NCBI GenBank assembly: GCA_019326865.1
Contig: GCA_019326865.1_4101.1
Origin: a phage
DNA: 64,000 nt
Direction: 5' to 3' (one strand)
Part shown: piece after piece, positions 18,596 through 27,149 of the stretch
Layout of the letters: every line of letters begins with the position of its first letter
Position numbering within the stretch: position 1 is the stretch's first letter
Position numbers and translations under genes: made by a program
Notes under the pieces: generated by a model
Databases searched by the model: none
Told to the model about the DNA's origin: nothing
The model's input: the letters and a program-made list of their open reading frames with translations, nothing else

Positions 18596-18809
18596 TTCAT
18601 TCATGAAACGAGTTTTAACAGATGTTCTATCTGGATTTAAAAAAGCAACTAATATTATTTTCAGTTCAATTGTGATGGTTATTACTGTATTGACATTTTC
18701 TCTAGTGTTACATTTTGTGCCATTCTGGTTAATCTTTATTGTATTAATTGGTCTTCTATGTGCACATGTTTATCATGTTTACAGTGAAATGTTGGATAAT
18801 GACGATTAA
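18588..18809 (+). CDS. small membrane protein (two predicted TM helices)
   Basis: 73 aa, two long hydrophobic stretches. Confidence 0.55.
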   Translation: MADSFMKRVLTDVLSGFKKATNIIFSSIVMVITVLTFSLVLHFVPFWLIFIVLIGLLCAHVYHVYSEMLDNDD

Positions 18810-18817
18810 ATATATTT

Positions 18818-18841
18818 GACCCCACTATGTGGGGTCTTTTT
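18818..18841 (+). terminator. intrinsic terminator
   Basis: stem GACCCCA/TGGGGTC, loop CTATG, T5 run. Confidence 0.65.
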
Positions 18842-18854
18842 GAAGGTAAATTTT

Positions 18855-19298
18855 ATGTACATTGAAGTTGAAACATTCAAACGATTTATTGACATTTGTC
18901 GTCATACTAATCTTATATATTTGGGTCCAGGAGCAAACTTCAGAACTTTATCTTCAATTTTAGGATATACTGAACCATCATGCTTATATTGCGATGGGAA
19001 CATGATTCATCTCACTGATGGTGATTACAATGTTCAGTACATTTCTCAATGTGATTTGTATGTATTAAATACTCCAGAATATAATATTATTATTGAAGAA
19101 CGTACTAAAGATAATTACCCAACCCAATATGTAAGTTGGGATAGAACAGATTGCGTATATGCCACTGGTCCAGTACAGAAACCTATGAACTATCCTACTA
19201 TTCATTTGAATGTTATCCATGATGAATTGAAAGATTACTGTAACAGTATTTCAGATTCGGAAACAAAATACTTTCCTATTATATTTTATAAGGTTTAA
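18855..19298 (+). CDS. hypothetical protein
   Basis: start moved to internal ATG (MYIEV...) because the first ATG lies inside the terminator hairpin. Confidence 0.55.
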   Translation: MYIEVETFKRFIDICRHTNLIYLGPGANFRTLSSILGYTEPSCLYCDGNMIHLTDGDYNVQYISQCDLYVLNTPEYNIIIEERTKDNYPTQYVSWDRTDCVYATGPVQKPMNYPTIHLNVIHDELKDYCNSISDSETKYFPIIFYKV

Positions 19299-19300
19299 TT

Positions 19301-19690
19301 ATGAGATGGCGTAAACGACATACTAAAAGATTTAATACTATAATTAAGAAATATTATTCCCATAAGTTGGATTCAATGATTCTTCAATTAAGAAGTAGTA
19401 TTTTTGACAGGCGTTATCCACAGTGCCTAGAGTCGTACAGTAGGAGGCGTTCCAAGAATGAGTATCAAGTATATCGTTATGATCTATCCGAATTATTTTT
19501 GAATACCCGTGTTTCTGTACCAATCAGACTGTATTCAAGGTCTAAACGAAGTAGAATTCAAGATATTACCTATGGATATCTTATGCTTGATATTGACGAA
19601 TTGAATGAAAAAATTGGTAGAAACTTCAGCACTTTATGTCTGGAAAACCATAATACCATTAAACATATTATAAAAAATTTGGATAAGTAG
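19301..19690 (+). CDS. hypothetical basic protein
   Basis: 129 aa, Arg/Lys-rich. Confidence 0.55.
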   Translation: MRWRKRHTKRFNTIIKKYYSHKLDSMILQLRSSIFDRRYPQCLESYSRRRSKNEYQVYRYDLSELFLNTRVSVPIRLYSRSKRSRIQDITYGYLMLDIDELNEKIGRNFSTLCLENHNTIKHIIKNLDK

Positions 19691-19713
19691 AAGTTTTAGT
19701 GATATAATTGGAG

Positions 19714-20064
19714 ATGAGTATGAAATATATAGATAAAGGTACAGTGGAGACACAGTACTGGAATATTCATATTGCTGGCGATATTAACACAGCAAGAGAG
19801 TATACAAGAAAGTTTGCGTTTAAGTTTGGATTTTGTGTACAATTGATTCCATGTGAATATATCTACACTGGTGGTCTTGAAAGTGGAATTTGTGCTCGTA
19901 TTATTCAATATCCACGCTTTCCTAAAGAAGAAGTGTACCTAAATCGAGATGTACTAAATTACGCTAAGGGATTGGCTGAAGAGTTGTGTCAGAAGAGCTT
20001 CACTATTGAGAGAAATAATGATACAATCTATTACGAAAGTGATAACCCTTTACACAAGAAATAA
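19714..20064 (+). CDS. hypothetical protein
   Basis: ORF with alternative starts TTG 19708 / ATG 19714 / ATG 19720; TGATATAAT element at 19700-19708 immediately upstream. Confidence 0.5.
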   Translation: MSMKYIDKGTVETQYWNIHIAGDINTAREYTRKFAFKFGFCVQLIPCEYIYTGGLESGICARIIQYPRFPKEEVYLNRDVLNYAKGLAEELCQKSFTIERNNDTIYYESDNPLHKK

Positions 20065-20075
20065 AAGGAAACTAT

Positions 20076-20207
20076 ATGAATGGACTAAAAAAGTTTGGTA
20101 AAGATTTTCTACAGTGCATCAAATATACATATGATGCAAATCCAGAAATGACTGCGATTGTAGGTGTATTTATTGTTCTAGTTGTATTAAGTTTCATTAT
20201 GGGGTAA
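20076..20207 (+). CDS. small membrane protein (43 aa)
   Basis: AAGGA RBS; C-terminal hydrophobic helix; fills the gap between neighbours; below the ORF-track size cutoff. Confidence 0.4.
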   Translation: MNGLKKFGKDFLQCIKYTYDANPEMTAIVGVFIVLVVLSFIMG

Positions 20208-20210
20208 CAT

Positions 20211-20414
20211 ATGATTGAAATTAATGCTGATATCTACTGTAGTGCTTTTCCAAATTACTTCATTTATGCATTAAGTACATTTGGTGAAACTGAAGGCGAG
20301 ACGTTTGTTTTAGTAGATAATACTACTTGGTATAAAACATCTAATAAAATTCCTGAAGATGTATTAAACACATATACTCGTATTGAAAATAAGAATCTGT
20401 ACGTAAATTTATAG
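20211..20414 (+). CDS. hypothetical protein
   Basis: 67 aa ORF. Confidence 0.5.
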   Translation: MIEINADIYCSAFPNYFIYALSTFGETEGETFVLVDNTTWYKTSNKIPEDVLNTYTRIENKNLYVNL

Positions 20415-20421
20415 GTAAAAT

Positions 20422-20832
20422 ATGATTGAAATGGAAGGCATTCTGGTGTATGATCCAGACCGTGGAGCTATGAAAAAGAAGAAGGATTTCTGGTTAGTCC
20501 TACAACTTCCATTACAGTTGGTTAGATACTACCAGTACTTCATTCGAACTGACTTACATATTGACATTAAAGACCCACAATGGGGGGCACATGTCAGTAT
20601 TGTTCGTGGGGAAGTGCCACCGAATCCAGAGTACTGGAAAAAGTACCATGGTAAAAAAATCAAAATAAAATTTAATCCTGATATCATACAAGTGAAAGAT
20701 AAAAAGAACCCTGGTTCGTTCTTTATTATAGAGTTTGATGATGAATTTATTGGTCATATTCGAAATGAATTGGGATTACAATCAAAGTTCTTACGTTATC
20801 ACATTACAGTAGGTAGAACTTACTACGATTAG
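20422..20832 (+). CDS. hypothetical protein
   Basis: 136 aa ORF. Confidence 0.55.
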   Translation: MIEMEGILVYDPDRGAMKKKKDFWLVLQLPLQLVRYYQYFIRTDLHIDIKDPQWGAHVSIVRGEVPPNPEYWKKYHGKKIKIKFNPDIIQVKDKKNPGSFFIIEFDDEFIGHIRNELGLQSKFLRYHITVGRTYYD

Positions 20833-20850
20833 TTTTGTGGTAAATATGTC

Positions 20851-20878
20851 TTGACTGACAACAAAAATATGCTATAAT
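20851..20878 (+). promoter_or_regulatory. strong sigma70-like promoter (TTGACT, 16 nt, TGcTATAAT)
   Basis: near-consensus -35 and extended -10; about 120-nt leader before the lysozyme gene. Confidence 0.6.
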
Positions 20879-20998
20879 ACTTAAACACTTGAAAAGAGAA
20901 CGTTTAAGTACTGTAGAAAGTCCGATGAGGCTTTTGCAAAATGGCCTCTTTGCCATCTTTGTGATTGCCCCGTCTTAACAATCAACAAAGGAGGCGTT

Positions 20999-21925
20999 TT
21001 GAAACAAGCGAAAAAAGCACTGAAAACTAAAATTGCCGTAGGCGTATTAGTTTCATCAGCCCTATTCGCTGCTATTGGATTTTATGGTTTTTCACGACAT
21101 GATCATGTACCATCATTAGACGAAAGTCAGGTGCATAATTTAAAACCACAGTTTACTCAAATTCAAAAGCAGGAACTTCCAGTGGTATCAGCACCGAAAG
21201 AAGTTCCAAGCAGCGAGAAACATTATACGGTTCAACCTGGTGATAGTTATTATTCTATTGCTAAAAAGTTTAAGCCTAAAAATGTGCAACTTGAAGAGTA
21301 TGTTATTTTGTTGAAAAATATCAATTTAAATGCTACGCTTCATACTTCTCAGGGTATCTTTATCCCAACAAAAGAGGATTTGAAAAACATATTATTACCA
21401 GATGTGACTGTACTTTTTGATTATACTGATCCAGAAATTGTCAATCACATCAAAGAAGCTGAAGGTTCAATTGAATTTCAGTCAAAGAATAAACGTCGTT
21501 TACTTGGTGGACAAGTTGGTGTATCATATCGTAATTCTAAATTTTATCCATATCGTGATGTAAAAGGTAACTACACAATTGGATACGGACATTACCTTGG
21601 TAGGAATGCTTCTGATGCAAGTAAATATCGCAATGGAATTACTAAATCGCAAGCACATGAACTTTTATTGGCTGATATGGAACGAATTAACAATGATTTA
21701 ATTTTATTATTGAAGAAAAGAAATGCAACAAACCTTACGGTTGAACAACAAAGAATTTTATTTGAGATGGCATTTACTTTAGGTGTTGATAAGTTAAACA
21801 CTTTCAACAAACTATGGAAAAGTGTTGAAAATCAAAATTACAACAAGTTCAAAAAAGAAATTAAGAATTCTCTATGGTATCGACAAGTTGGTAACCGTGC
21901 AGAATTGTTGTTAAGTTCACTCTAA
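20999..21925 (+). CDS. membrane-anchored LysM-domain lysozyme (GH24-like)
   Basis: TTG start after AGGAGG; N-terminal Gly/Ala-rich hydrophobic segment; LysM-like YTVQPGDSYYSIAKKF; YRDVKGNYTIGYGH parallels T4 lysozyme YKDTEGYYTIGIGH. Confidence 0.65.
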   Translation: MKQAKKALKTKIAVGVLVSSALFAAIGFYGFSRHDHVPSLDESQVHNLKPQFTQIQKQELPVVSAPKEVPSSEKHYTVQPGDSYYSIAKKFKPKNVQLEEYVILLKNINLNATLHTSQGIFIPTKEDLKNILLPDVTVLFDYTDPEIVNHIKEAEGSIEFQSKNKRRLLGGQVGVSYRNSKFYPYRDVKGNYTIGYGHYLGRNASDASKYRNGITKSQAHELLLADMERINNDLILLLKKRNATNLTVEQQRILFEMAFTLGVDKLNTFNKLWKSVENQNYNKFKKEIKNSLWYRQVGNRAELLLSSL

Positions 21926-21942
21926 AAAAAGGTAGGTAAATT

Positions 21943-22275
21943 ATGCTAAATCTAAATATTCAAGGCAACGTTGATATCACTCCAGCAATCCAAGATGCTA
22001 TTTACAATGAAGCAAAAAGTCTGGATAAGTACCGTACTTCTTCAGTACTAGACATTGGTGTTCATGTTAAGAAAGAGCATAAAACTCAATATGCTGTAAC
22101 TTTAACTGCTGGTAGTAAATCAGTAACTGCTGATGATGCTGATTTGTATAAAGCAATTGTTGAATCTTTTGATAAGATGGAAACTGTATTCAGTAAAGAC
22201 AAAAGCATTAAATTACACCGCCGAAACCATCCAGAACACCCCGTTCTTGATGATTTGACAGAAAACGAAGAGTAA
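21943..22275 (+). CDS. hpf: ribosome hibernation promoting factor (HPF/YfiA family)
   Basis: MLNLNIQGNVDITPAIQDAI...YAVTLTAGSKSVTADDADLYKAI aligns along its length with E. coli HPF (MQLNITGNNVEITEALREFV...). Confidence 0.8.
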   Translation: MLNLNIQGNVDITPAIQDAIYNEAKSLDKYRTSSVLDIGVHVKKEHKTQYAVTLTAGSKSVTADDADLYKAIVESFDKMETVFSKDKSIKLHRRNHPEHPVLDDLTENEE

Positions 22276-22285
22276 TATATACTAA

Positions 22286-22314
22286 AGGGACAGATTAATT
22301 CTGTCCCTTTTCTT
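22286..22314 (+). terminator. intrinsic terminator
   Basis: stem AGGGACAGA/TCTGTCCCT, T-run. Confidence 0.7.
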
Positions 22315-22328
22315 ATGGAGTTTTAATT

Positions 22329-22724
22329 ATGAATTATTCCTGGATGGAAATTGTAAAATCTATAATATCAACACATGATATGGACTTACCTGAACACCTA
22401 GTTATTAATAGATGGTTCTATCCATATCCAGATAACCGTTGTGTTGGGATTGGATTTTTTATTAATGAAAAATCTCAATATATTGGATTAATTGAAGATT
22501 ATACAAAACCCAACATTGCGTTCTCTATTGAGTTGAATGTAGATCACATAAAATACTACACTAATAAAATGGACGAAGACGATGGTGATGTTATAATTCC
22601 AGCAGAAATAGACGAAGCTTCATTTTTTCAGTTATCATTAATCCATGATGTATCTGATATTACTTATGATAATGTGAAAGACCTTTTTATATTGTACAAT
22701 AAACTGTATAATTACTTTTTATAA
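22329..22724 (+). CDS. hypothetical protein
   Basis: 131 aa ORF. Confidence 0.55.
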   Translation: MNYSWMEIVKSIISTHDMDLPEHLVINRWFYPYPDNRCVGIGFFINEKSQYIGLIEDYTKPNIAFSIELNVDHIKYYTNKMDEDDGDVIIPAEIDEASFFQLSLIHDVSDITYDNVKDLFILYNKLYNYFL

Positions 22725-22737
22725 TGGAGATAAATTT

Positions 22738-22923
22738 ATGGAATATACAATATGTATAGTTATATGTATCATATCCTTACTAGTCGGGGTTGGTGTGATG
22801 ATTTATTGTGATGCAGAACCAAGTACAGAAGCAGGAACAACTATTGAACTTAAGCCTGGTATTAAGGTAAATGATTCATATTGTTACGATCCACATAGTA
22901 ATAAGTATGCGATTTGTCTATGA
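22738..22923 (+). CDS. small membrane protein
   Basis: 61 aa; N-terminal TM helix ICIVICIISLLVGVGVMIY. Confidence 0.5.
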   Translation: MEYTICIVICIISLLVGVGVMIYCDAEPSTEAGTTIELKPGIKVNDSYCYDPHSNKYAICL

Positions 22924-23330
22924 AAAAGTTTGATATTAAACCTATGATTGATGCTATCGAAATTAAATTAAAAAATACTAAAAAGCCAGATAGTACAGGT
23001 TTGTTCTTTAGTTTAGATAAAATGTATTATGAAACACACGTGTCAAGTTATGATAGAACAGGAAATCTCTTCATCCGTACATATAACTTATTTTATAGTG
23101 AAGATGTTTTTATGATAGATATAAATCTGGATGAAAGTATAGTGTTGATGTATATTGAGGATGTTCAATCCACAGAACAACGAAACGGGACTCTTCCTAT
23201 TGCTGCTACAGAGGAAGAGTTTTTGCAATATCAGTTCATTGAGGATACCTTTGGTATTGACTTTGATACATATCAGAGTATAATGAGGGTATACGAACTT
23301 TATGAGGATTATGTGATTGGACGTTACTAA
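22914..23330 (+). CDS. hypothetical protein (paralog pair with ORF at 23317)
   Basis: C-terminal block QYQFIEDTFGIDFDTYQSIMRVYELYEDY resembles QYMFIDDTFSIDYPSFQCILDIHAKYYDR. Confidence 0.6.
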   Translation: MSMKKFDIKPMIDAIEIKLKNTKKPDSTGLFFSLDKMYYETHVSSYDRTGNLFIRTYNLFYSEDVFMIDINLDESIVLMYIEDVQSTEQRNGTLPIAATEEEFLQYQFIEDTFGIDFDTYQSIMRVYELYEDYVIGRY

Positions 23331-23739
23331 AATTCCAAAATTTAATGAAACGTTAAAGTACTTTGCTGAACACGAAATCAGTACTGAAAGACGTGGTTTA
23401 ATTACATATAATCAACATCGTGTTATGTACACTAATAATTTTCAGGGTACTGTTCGTATTAAATATCGTAATGCACTCGAAGACAATGATGAATTGTTAA
23501 TTTTACTAAGAAAAAGTAAGATTGAATTGACATACGTAACTCACCATATTGAAAGTGAGTTGATGTGGCACACCCTATCAAAAAAAGAAGGTTCATTACC
23601 AGTTGTTGATAATGGTCCTGAAACACTTGATCAGTACATGTTCATTGATGATACATTTAGTATTGACTATCCTTCATTTCAGTGTATACTAGATATACAT
23701 GCAAAATATTACGACCGTCTACGTGACAGATTAATTTAA
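23317..23739 (+). CDS. hypothetical protein (paralog pair with ORF at 22914)
   Basis: 140 aa; see paralog. Confidence 0.6.
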   Translation: MDVTKIPKFNETLKYFAEHEISTERRGLITYNQHRVMYTNNFQGTVRIKYRNALEDNDELLILLRKSKIELTYVTHHIESELMWHTLSKKEGSLPVVDNGPETLDQYMFIDDTFSIDYPSFQCILDIHAKYYDRLRDRLI

Positions 23740-23874
23740 TTGGAGGCATTGTGATTACGGTATTAGAAGAAGATTGGGGTGTTTCCGAACAAGGAACTGA
23801 TGAATATGAATACCCAGAATATAAGCCTAAAGGATTCTGGGAACGTCTACGTGATTGGTTGATGGGGGAATAAT

Positions 23875-24987
23875 ATGAAAAAGTATTTGGTTGGAGGTTA
23901 TACGAGAGATCGTTTAATGGGCATCCGTGCAAAAGACAAAGATTATGTCATTGTTGGTGCAACTGAATCCGATATTAAGTACTTGCAAAGTATTGGTTAT
24001 AAGCAAGTAGGCAAGGACTTCCCTGTGTACTTGAGTCCAGAGGGTAATGAACACGCATTGGCTCGTACCGAGCGTAAGACTGGTACTGGATATGGTGGCT
24101 TCGAAGTGAATACAAAAGGTGTAACACTAGAACAAGATCTATATCGCCGTGATCTCACAATCAATAGTATTGCGTATGATCCAGTACTACAGATTCACAT
24201 CGACCCTTATGGTGGGAAAGCTGATATCAAGAACAAAGTACTTCGTCATGTATCAGAACACTTTAAAGAAGATCCATTGCGTGTTCTACGTTTGGCCCGT
24301 TTCGCTACACGTTACTCAGACTTTTCTATCCATGAAAGTACAGAGGAACTTGCTATTGGTATGGTCAATAGTGGTGAATTAGATCATCTTGTTCCAGACC
24401 GTGTTTTTGTAGAATTTGAAAAAGCATTTTCTGAAGAAAAACCTGCAAAGTTCCTTAAGACGCTAAGTAAATTTGGTTATTATGAGAAAGTTTTCAAAAC
24501 ATCTCTAACTAAAAAGAATTTAGACCTAATTGATTATATTTCTGAAAACTGTACTGATGTATATAAGCCATATTTTTTATGGTCAGTACTTCTTGAAAAT
24601 GAAGAAGTAAATAATGATTCAGTACTTAACGGTGCTATTAAAGTTCCAGTTAAGTATGTTAAATTTAGCAATTATATCAAACGTTTCCGTGATGATATCA
24701 AAACATTTCGTAAAAAGACCCCAAATGAAATGGGACAGTTATTACTGGAAATGAATATCAAGAATAACGGTGGTGAAGAATTTCTTTACAAAGTACTGGA
24801 ATATTTCATTCTAAGTAAAGAAATTGATTTAGAACTTGAAGATCTAATTATTAAAGTTTATGATCGATATACTGATGTTGAATTACCTGATATTCAGCAA
24901 TTGGTTAAAGATGGTGAACTAGAAACGTCAGAAATTCGTGATTTTGTTTGTGAACTTCGTTACGAAGCAATCAAACAAATGTTCTAA
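23875..24987 (+). CDS. cca: tRNA nucleotidyltransferase (CCA-adding enzyme, class II)
   Basis: LVGGYTRDRLMG...KDKDYVIVGAT...DFPVYLSPEGNEHALARTERKTGTGYGGFEV...RRDLTINSIAYD parallels the E. coli Cca head domain; 370 aa, no obvious HD domain. Confidence 0.8.
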   Translation: MKKYLVGGYTRDRLMGIRAKDKDYVIVGATESDIKYLQSIGYKQVGKDFPVYLSPEGNEHALARTERKTGTGYGGFEVNTKGVTLEQDLYRRDLTINSIAYDPVLQIHIDPYGGKADIKNKVLRHVSEHFKEDPLRVLRLARFATRYSDFSIHESTEELAIGMVNSGELDHLVPDRVFVEFEKAFSEEKPAKFLKTLSKFGYYEKVFKTSLTKKNLDLIDYISENCTDVYKPYFLWSVLLENEEVNNDSVLNGAIKVPVKYVKFSNYIKRFRDDIKTFRKKTPNEMGQLLLEMNIKNNGGEEFLYKVLEYFILSKEIDLELEDLIIKVYDRYTDVELPDIQQLVKDGELETSEIRDFVCELRYEAIKQMF

Positions 24988-25094
24988 AAATAGTGAGACA
25001 AAAAACCAATAACTGATATAATTATTAGTATCTGAACATCGATTGATGAAAAAGAGATAAGATATGCGTTATAGTTGTGGTATAATATTTTATC

Positions 25095-25496
25095 GTGATG
25101 GTCAGATACTTATCGGACATACAACACGGACAGAAACATTGGGATTTACCTAAAGGAAAAGCAGAGGGCGATGAAACGTTCAAAGAAGCTGCTGTGCGTG
25201 AATGTTTTGAAGAGACAGGATATAAAATCGATGAAGATGATCTTCTGTTTCTTGGTGATGTATCCTATAGAAAGGGAAAAAGGTTGGTTCTTTTCTTTTA
25301 TACTGCTAAAGACAAGCCTGTACCAGATGAATTAGTATGTAAAAGCACTTATACTAATAGATATGGTAAGAGTCATCCAGAATTGGATAAGTTCATGTAT
25401 ATTGATGTACGAGAATGTCAAAAGTATTTGACTGAACGAATGTGTAACAGTATTATAAAAGCTGTTAAAGCTTTTCAAAGAAATAAAAGGAAATAA
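25095..25496 (+). CDS. Nudix hydrolase (N-terminal strand encoded in another frame at 25064-25153)
   Basis: Nudix box GKAEGDETFKEAAVRECFEETGY; GTG start; upstream frame encodes MRYSCGIIFYRDGQILIGHT. Confidence 0.7.
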   Translation: MMVRYLSDIQHGQKHWDLPKGKAEGDETFKEAAVRECFEETGYKIDEDDLLFLGDVSYRKGKRLVLFFYTAKDKPVPDELVCKSTYTNRYGKSHPELDKFMYIDVRECQKYLTERMCNSIIKAVKAFQRNKRK

Positions 25497-25497
25497 T

Positions 25498-25746
25498 ATG
25501 AAAGTTAAAATTTATGGTCGCACGACTGGATGTAAATTTTGTGATACTGCAAAAGCTGTGTGTGAACAAAATAATTTTGATATGGAGTTCATTGATATTG
25601 TTGCTGAAGGTATTGATGGTGCTAAACTATCAGAAATTTGTGGTGAACCAGTTCGTCAAGTTCCACAGATTTTCGTGAATGATGTTTATGTACCAGGTGG
25701 TTGTACTGGATTTATCGAAGGACTTAAAGAAGGTCGTTGGAAATAA
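25498..25746 (+). CDS. nrdC: glutaredoxin (NrdC-like)
   Basis: 82 aa; CKFC redox motif near N-terminus; overall similarity to T4 NrdC layout. Confidence 0.75.
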   Translation: MKVKIYGRTTGCKFCDTAKAVCEQNNFDMEFIDIVAEGIDGAKLSEICGEPVRQVPQIFVNDVYVPGGCTGFIEGLKEGRWK

Positions 25747-25988
25747 TGGATATTGAAAAAGTATCATCTCGTGCAAAACAACTAGCAGATACGTTGGGAG
25801 TAGAGTTTAAAATTCCTGATATCACTATCGCTAAAGAAAAAGCACAGAATAGAATTAATAAGATGAAAGAATATCTATCTAAACAGGAACAATATGATTC
25901 TGCCGTTGAATTTATTGTAAAATCGTTTAGTAAAGATGATATTTTGGCATTCATCAAATATGTGAAGGTTTCTAGTAACCCTAAATAA
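25737..25988 (+). CDS. hypothetical protein
   Basis: 83 aa ORF. Confidence 0.5.
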   Translation: MEIMDIEKVSSRAKQLADTLGVEFKIPDITIAKEKAQNRINKMKEYLSKQEQYDSAVEFIVKSFSKDDILAFIKYVKVSSNPK

Positions 25989-26018
25989 TAATGAAGAACA
26001 AAAGTTCTTCTTAACAAT

Positions 26019-26273
26019 TTGGGAGATACTATTATGCTCAGTTTTCGTGAACAATTAGCAAAAGGTCAAATTAAGACTCAAGCTCAAACTAATATTCCTA
26101 AAAAATCTGCATTTTTGGGAACAATTACGGAAGATGGATATTGTGACTATGATGCACCAGAAGATTCATGGTATATTACAAAAGACACAAAACGCAGTAA
26201 TAGACTTCACAAAAGTACAATAGCCAGAAAGCATCGAAAAGAATTGAAAAAAATTCGTTTCGGTGAAGAATAA
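26019..26273 (+). CDS. hypothetical protein
   Basis: 84 aa ORF. Confidence 0.5.
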   Translation: MGDTIMLSFREQLAKGQIKTQAQTNIPKKSAFLGTITEDGYCDYDAPEDSWYITKDTKRSNRLHKSTIARKHRKELKKIRFGEE

Positions 26274-26286
26274 TAAAATACAAATT

Positions 26287-26316
26287 AAGGACTCTGTAAT
26301 TGGAGTCCTTTCTTTT
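26287..26316 (+). terminator. intrinsic terminator
   Basis: stem AAGGACTC/GAGTCCTT, T-run. Confidence 0.65.
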
Positions 26317-26327
26317 CGGAGAATATA

Positions 26328-26804
26328 ATGATTCATGAACACCGAGGTAATCTGTTTGAATTATTCAGTACTGTTACCGATGATCAAAATGCATTACATA
26401 TTATTGCTCACGGATGTAATGCTCAAGGTAAGATGGGTTCCGGTTTCGCAAAGGAACTAAGGAATCGCTACCCAATGGCATATGATGATTATAAAGCATA
26501 TGAAAAGGAAATGGGATTTCTTAGAATTGGACAAATTGCATATTCAGCAATTAACGATAATTTGATTATTGCAAACTGTATTACCCAAAAAATGTACGGT
26601 AATGACGGTGCTAAATATGTCAGTTATGATGCAATTGACGATGTGTTCAAACATCTAAATTATTTTTGTAAAGTTGATCAAGATGTTCATGTACATTTCC
26701 CGAAAATTGGAGCCGATTTGGGTGGCGGTAACTGGAACGTTATCAAAGAAATCATTGATCACCGACTGGTCAATGCAGAAAAACACTTATACATTCTAAA
26801 ATAA
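26328..26804 (+). CDS. macro domain protein (ADP-ribose binding/processing)
   Basis: HIIAHGCNAQGKMGSGFAKEL and FPKIGADLGGGNW match the macro-domain N-x(6)-G-x-G and hydrophobic-P-x-I-G-x-G signatures. Confidence 0.65.
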   Translation: MIHEHRGNLFELFSTVTDDQNALHIIAHGCNAQGKMGSGFAKELRNRYPMAYDDYKAYEKEMGFLRIGQIAYSAINDNLIIANCITQKMYGNDGAKYVSYDAIDDVFKHLNYFCKVDQDVHVHFPKIGADLGGGNWNVIKEIIDHRLVNAEKHLYILK

Positions 26805-26817
26805 ACAAAAAAAGGAC

Positions 26818-27135
26818 TTGACAAAAATGACTATGACCGTTAAACTACTAAACATCAATAACATTGGCCCAGTACTAGCAGTTCTTCAAACTGATTCTGC
26901 TGAAGCAGTGGTAGTTAACTACCCAGCACAACTAGGTACTGATGAAAATGGTGAAATCATTCTTCGTGATTATCTAGAGTTTGTTAGTATGGAGAAAAAT
27001 GTTATTTTTTATAAATCCAACATTATTAGTGTTAGTGATGCAAACCCTGCATTGGTTGATGCTTATGTTGATGCTATTAAAGCAATCGAAGATACTCCAA
27101 AAGTTTTTGTTCCTGAGAATAAAATTATTCTATAA
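26818..27135 (+). CDS. hypothetical protein
   Basis: 105 aa ORF. Confidence 0.55.
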   Translation: MTKMTMTVKLLNINNIGPVLAVLQTDSAEAVVVNYPAQLGTDENGEIILRDYLEFVSMEKNVIFYKSNIISVSDANPALVDAYVDAIKAIEDTPKVFVPENKIIL

Positions 27136-27149
27136 TAGAGGTATATAAA

